A DNA stretch of 11,491 nucleotides from an uncultured archaeon. GTDB taxonomy: Archaea; Asgardarchaeota; Lokiarchaeia; Sigyniarchaeales; SOKP01. The DNA lies in assembly GCA_964583985.1 (NCBI GenBank), contig CAZOYD010000060.1, positions 1-11,491 on the forward strand. The letters are read 5' to 3'. A program made the translations under genes and the position numbers. Below are positions 8,322-11,491 of the stretch, in pieces. Position 1 is the stretch's first letter; each line of letters begins with the position of its first letter. The notes beneath the pieces are model-generated. The model did no database searches. It saw nothing but the letters and a program-made list of their open reading frames with translations, and had not been told where the DNA came from.

Positions 8322-8675
8322 ATGCCTGATTTAACAATCGCTAAAATACTCCAAGAGAGAGGAGAAATTAATGACGAATTAGATTACGCTCTTATGAATT
8401 ATTTACTTCAAAACAGAGGCTTGGGATTTACAGCGTGCCAACCTCAGTTAGTTGAACTCAGTACTGGTGATAAAGCGATTAAATTAAGTATTGATCACAC
8501 TTTCTTAGGAAAAAATAATGAATTAATGGGTTTAGGGATTGTTGGTACAATATTTGTAGACTACGAGAAATTAGAAATATTATATTGCACTCCCAATGAA
8601 GAATTAGAACGTAATATCAAAAAATTAGAGCAAGCAGGAGTTAAACCTCAATCAAGACCTAAAGGTAAATACTAA
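8322..8675 (+). CDS. Hypothetical protein
   Basis: 117 aa ORF filling the gap in a co-oriented run, with normal globular composition and a downstream T-tract. No family recognised. Confidence 0.75.
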   Translation: MPDLTIAKILQERGEINDELDYALMNYLLQNRGLGFTACQPQLVELSTGDKAIKLSIDHTFLGKNNELMGLGIVGTIFVDYEKLEILYCTPNEELERNIKKLEQAGVKPQSRPKGKY

Positions 8676-8676
8676 A

Positions 8677-8697
8677 AGAGATAGTGCTATTTTTTTA
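8677..8697 (+). terminator. Candidate oligo-T terminator
   Basis: A weak self-complementary segment (ATAGTGCTAT) followed by a run of T at about 8690-8696, just after the stop at 8675. Confidence 0.35.
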
Positions 8698-8766
8698 TAA
8701 TAATAACTCCTTGTAATATTAAGCAAACAAAAATAAATAGTCATAAATTTATATTATTAGATTATA

Positions 8767-9315
8767 ATGTCAGAAAAAGAAAATAAAATAAAATATTTGA
8801 TTCTTGAATACCTTTCGGATGAAAATCTTCAACCTAATAAAATTTCAGACACTAAATTAGAATTTGGATTTCAATTTATCTATCCTCCTGGAAGAGATCC
8901 CCTTGGTCGACCTATAGGAAAAGGAATGGTGGTGTTTATGCCAAAAAACAAGGATTTACTAATCATTTCGGTTGGAACCCAAATTTCAACCCCCCATGTT
9001 GAAGCTCTAGATTCATTAGAAACACCTAAAAAGATGCAATTCTTTATGGATATACGTAAACACTTTCTATTAAAAGACGTCTTATATCGAATTGACATTC
9101 AAAATCATCGTTTTGAAATTTCAGATCAAATATTTCTTTCCAAAAATAAATTTATTCCAAAGAATACATTCTTTAAGAGTATTCGTCGAGTATTTGATGC
9201 CATGGTATATGGTAATATGATTTTATCAGAATATTGTTCAGGAAAAATTAAAATAGAAGATCTTATGAAAAATAAGGATTTTGATCCAGCCTCGGATTAT
9301 ACATTATATTCATAA
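8767..9315 (+). CDS. DUF2299 family protein
   Basis: 182 aa. The pattern ILEYLSDE...FQFIYPPG...VFMPKNKDLLIISVGTQISTPHVEAL...FFMDIRKHFLL resembles the archaeal DUF2299 family (from recall). Confidence 0.65.
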   Translation: MSEKENKIKYLILEYLSDENLQPNKISDTKLEFGFQFIYPPGRDPLGRPIGKGMVVFMPKNKDLLIISVGTQISTPHVEALDSLETPKKMQFFMDIRKHFLLKDVLYRIDIQNHRFEISDQIFLSKNKFIPKNTFFKSIRRVFDAMVYGNMILSEYCSGKIKIEDLMKNKDFDPASDYTLYS

Positions 9316-9339
9316 TAAAATATCTAATGGAAGAACGTT

Positions 9340-9861
9340 ATGGTTTTTAAAGATTGGTTGCAGGCTTTAGGAAAATTAGATTATGTACAAGGTAAATCTC
9401 GACCCAAAATAGATTGTATTTTATGTGGTGTAAGAGATGATGATGATAGAGTGGTTTTATTGAAAATATATTATGATGATCTTCTTTTCATATCATTAAA
9501 TCTCTATCCATATAATCCGGGTCATTTAATGGTTGTTCCTAATCGACATATTATAAAATACATAGATCTTAATAAGGAAGAAATTATTCATATTTCTAGG
9601 ACTATCCAAGGTTTACAAATATTATTAGATGATTTATATCATCCTCTTGGATACAATATTGGCATGAATCAAGGAAAAATTGCTGGAGCAAGTATTGAAC
9701 ACCTGCATTTCCATATTGTTCCGCGTTATGGTGCAGAATTAGGATATATCGATATTGTTGGGAAAACAAGGGTTTTACCGGAGGGTTTAGAATCAGTAAG
9801 AAAAAAACTGGTCTCCAACATTAATAGATTCCTAAATGAGGATTTTTTTAACAAATTTTAG
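9340..9861 (+). CDS. HIT-family nucleotide hydrolase/phosphorylase (Ap4A phosphorylase / Fhit-like)
   Basis: 173 aa. CILC Zn motif, LNLYPYNPGHLMVVP, GYNIGMNQG, AGASIEHLHFHIVPR (histidine triad). Confidence 0.93.
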   Translation: MVFKDWLQALGKLDYVQGKSRPKIDCILCGVRDDDDRVVLLKIYYDDLLFISLNLYPYNPGHLMVVPNRHIIKYIDLNKEEIIHISRTIQGLQILLDDLYHPLGYNIGMNQGKIAGASIEHLHFHIVPRYGAELGYIDIVGKTRVLPEGLESVRKKLVSNINRFLNEDFFNKF

Positions 9862-9887
9862 CATTGCTCTAATTATCTTAAATCCTA

Positions 9888-9910
9888 TAAAATAAAATTA
9901 AAAAAAAAGT
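9888..9910 (-). terminator. Oligo-T terminator of the histone gene
   Basis: The minus strand reads TTTTTTTTTAATTTTATTTT starting about 18 nt after the histone stop, typical of archaeal T-tract terminators. Confidence 0.55.
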
Positions 9911-9926
9911 TACAAATAGTAGTTAA

Positions 9927-10181
9927 TTATCTTGTTGCATTTCTAACATCTGCAGCAGATATTCTTTTGCGCTTCTCATTCTTGCAAATTTTGTGCGCTT
10001 CTTTTGTTGCATCTGCTGCTTTAACTTCAAGAAATTCAATCAATTTATCTAATGCTGCAGCAGCTACTAAATCAGCTCCCTCTTTCTTCATCAACCTTCG
10101 AATAGGAGCTTTCGCAATATATGTTTCAGCTTTTGTTTTTTTAGCAGGTGCTTTTTTTGCAGGAGCTACTTTTTTAGCCAT
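9927..10181 (-). CDS. Archaeal histone (HMf-like fold) with a lysine-rich N-terminal tail, 84 aa
   Basis: Residues 22-84 (IAKAPIRRLMKKEGADLV...EAHKICKNEKRKRISAADVRNATR) align without gaps to HMfB 3-65, keeping A6/P7, R10, K13, G16, A17, V20, L28, L32, E33, E42, A43, R52, K53, I55 and D59. Start placed at ATG 10181 rather than GTG 10199 because a GGAGG Shine-Dalgarno lies at 10197-10193. Confidence 0.93.
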   Translation of the reverse strand: MAKKVAPAKKAPAKKTKAETYIAKAPIRRLMKKEGADLVAAAALDKLIEFLEVKAADATKEAHKICKNEKRKRISAADVRNATR

Positions 10182-10192
10182 TTTTATATTTT

Positions 10193-10197
10193 CCTCC
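10193..10197 (-). promoter_or_regulatory. Shine-Dalgarno (GGAGG) for the histone gene
   Basis: CCTCC on the plus strand, 11 nt upstream of ATG 10181, in otherwise very AT-rich sequence. Confidence 0.6.
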
Positions 10198-10262
10198 ACA
10201 ATTTATTGAAATAATACTCTTATAATATAGATTTATAATTAATAATAACTACGAATTTCTAT

Positions 10263-10270
10263 TATATAAA
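10263..10270 (-). promoter_or_regulatory. Candidate TATA box (TTTATATA) for the histone gene
   Basis: Consensus archaeal TATA on the minus strand about 80 nt upstream of the ATG. A second candidate, TTATAAAT, lies at 10231-10238. Confidence 0.4.
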
Positions 10271-10757
10271 TGTTATGGTTCGAAATAGTGGTTATTGGAG
10301 ATCTATTTGATTGAAATTTTTAGATCTGAAATGTACTAAAACTATTAAGACCGACAAAATGCCACTAATAAAATAATTTTTTATTTTTTATTAAATAATA
10401 AATAAAAATTTTCTGATGATTCTATTTTACTCAATTATTGTTTCAATTAGGAAAATCGATCATACTTTAAGACAATCAAAAAAATGATAAACTTATCGCA
10501 ACTTGTAAAAATTAAAAAATGGATTAGTAGGAATTATTTCTAAATTAACTCTAATATTTTCAGAATTTTAATCCTAAAAGAAGATCTCAAAAGTATGATC
10601 CTATTATTGCATTTGAAGCCTAATTGTACATCTTTTCAGCATAGCTCATCATATTTTTCTTCAATACATTTTTTTTTATTTTTTGAAAAATAAACATTAA
10701 AATAGTAAAGGTTTGATAAGATAGATAGAAAAGAAAGATGAGGGTCAGATTGAATTT

Positions 10758-11491
10758 TTGAATTCACGCGAAAAAACAGAAAAATTCACGGAATCTGAGA
10801 TAGAAAATTCATTACAAGATTTAGGGTTTACAAAAAATGATTCAAAAGTTTTACTAACTCTTGCAAAATATAAAATCTTAAGTCCTGCTGATATAGCAAA
10901 GTTTTCAAATGTTGATCGAGCTCGAGTATATGATAGTCTAAACAGATTAATAGAAAAAGGATTCATTCAAAAAGAACCAGTAAAAAGAGGGGCTAATTAT
11001 CAAGTAATCCCTATTGAAAAAATTTTCAAATCAATCCGGGCTGATTATAAGATTAAAATCGATAAGAGTATGGACATCGAAAAAGCTATTATAGAGTTGG
11101 AAATTGAACAGGACGAAACAGAACCTCGTGTATGGTCTCTGGATACAAGAGAAAAAATAAGAAAAAAGATAAAAGAATTAATCGCCTTAGCAGAAAATCG
11201 AATTTTCTTCATAATAACACCAGATTTACTCATGCCCGAATTAGGGGGTTTTGAGTGGATACTAAAAGAATTATGGAAGAAAAAATTTGCAACAAATGTT
11301 CAAATTGTTATTGCATTAAAATATTATGAATTTCTTAAAGGAGAAATTAAAAAATTATTAAAAGTATCAATTAAGGTTCATTCAATCGAAGGTGATAATG
11401 TCATTCCTTTTGGATTGCTAATAGTGGACGATGAATTTCTACTCACGACATTAGATCAAGTAAAAGAAGCTCCAGAATACACTTCTGGCTT
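10758..11491 (+). CDS. TrmB-family transcriptional regulator / chromatin protein (partial; runs off the window end; absent from the ORF track)
   Basis: Hand translation is open from TTG 10758 (upstream in-frame stop TAG at 10722-10724; GAGGG at 10740) to the window end: ...LQDLGFTKNDSKVLLTLAKYKILSPADIAKFSNVDRARVYDSLNRLIEKGFIQKE... (TrmB winged HTH), a coiled-coil linker, VWSLDTREKIRKKIKELIALAENRIFFI, and LLIVDDEF (PLD-like effector domain). Confidence 0.9.
   Translation, partial: MNSREKTEKFTESEIENSLQDLGFTKNDSKVLLTLAKYKILSPADIAKFSNVDRARVYDSLNRLIEKGFIQKEPVKRGANYQVIPIEKIFKSIRADYKIKIDKSMDIEKAIIELEIEQDETEPRVWSLDTREKIRKKIKELIALAENRIFFIITPDLLMPELGGFEWILKELWKKKFATNVQIVIALKYYEFLKGEIKKLLKVSIKVHSIEGDNVIPFGLLIVDDEFLLTTLDQVKEAPEYTSG

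Noticed and set aside
7546-9098. Minus-strand ORFs 7546-7731 and 8880-9098
   Set aside because: Antisense shadows of the HAD and DUF2299 genes.
10182-10199. GTG start giving an MEENIK extension on the histone
   Set aside because: The segment contains the GGAGG Shine-Dalgarno for ATG 10181, so it is better read as 5' UTR.
9967-10209. 80-aa hydrophobic plus-strand ORF resembling a membrane peptide
   Set aside because: It is the antisense of the Lys/Ala-rich histone; AAA and GCN codons read as Phe, Leu and Ala on the opposite strand.
10745-11233. Minus-strand ORFs 10745-10966 and 11045-11233
   Set aside because: Antisense to the TrmB reading frame, which has clear family motifs.
1-11491. CRISPR array, tRNA/rRNA, transposase or integrase
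   Set aside because: No regularly spaced repeats, cloverleaf-like GC-rich segments or recombinase motifs were found by eye.

Overview
AT-rich, gene-dense archaeal DNA, most consistent with an Asgard archaeon (Lokiarchaeia-like). This is inferred from the archaeal histone, TrmB, DUF211 and DUF2299 genes, TATA and oligo-T signals and low GC; it is not proven. The left half is metabolic: a VOC/glyoxalase-family protein, a cytoplasmic GH3 beta-glucosidase, a convergent MtaA/CmuA-type (UroD-fold) methyltransferase and non-pyrrolysine MttB-superfamily methyltransferase, and an uncharacterised protein with kinase-like catalytic motifs (DUF6206-like). The middle is a co-oriented run: 2H phosphoesterase (ThpR), HAD phosphatase, DUF211, a hypothetical protein, DUF2299 and a HIT hydrolase. 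The right end holds the most notable element, an archaeal histone with a ~19-residue lysine-rich repetitive N-terminal tail (AKKVAPAKKAPAKKTKAE) and an altered tetramerisation surface. It is divergent from a TrmB-family gene that the ORF track missed because it runs off the window. No mobile element, CRISPR array, tRNA or rRNA was seen.
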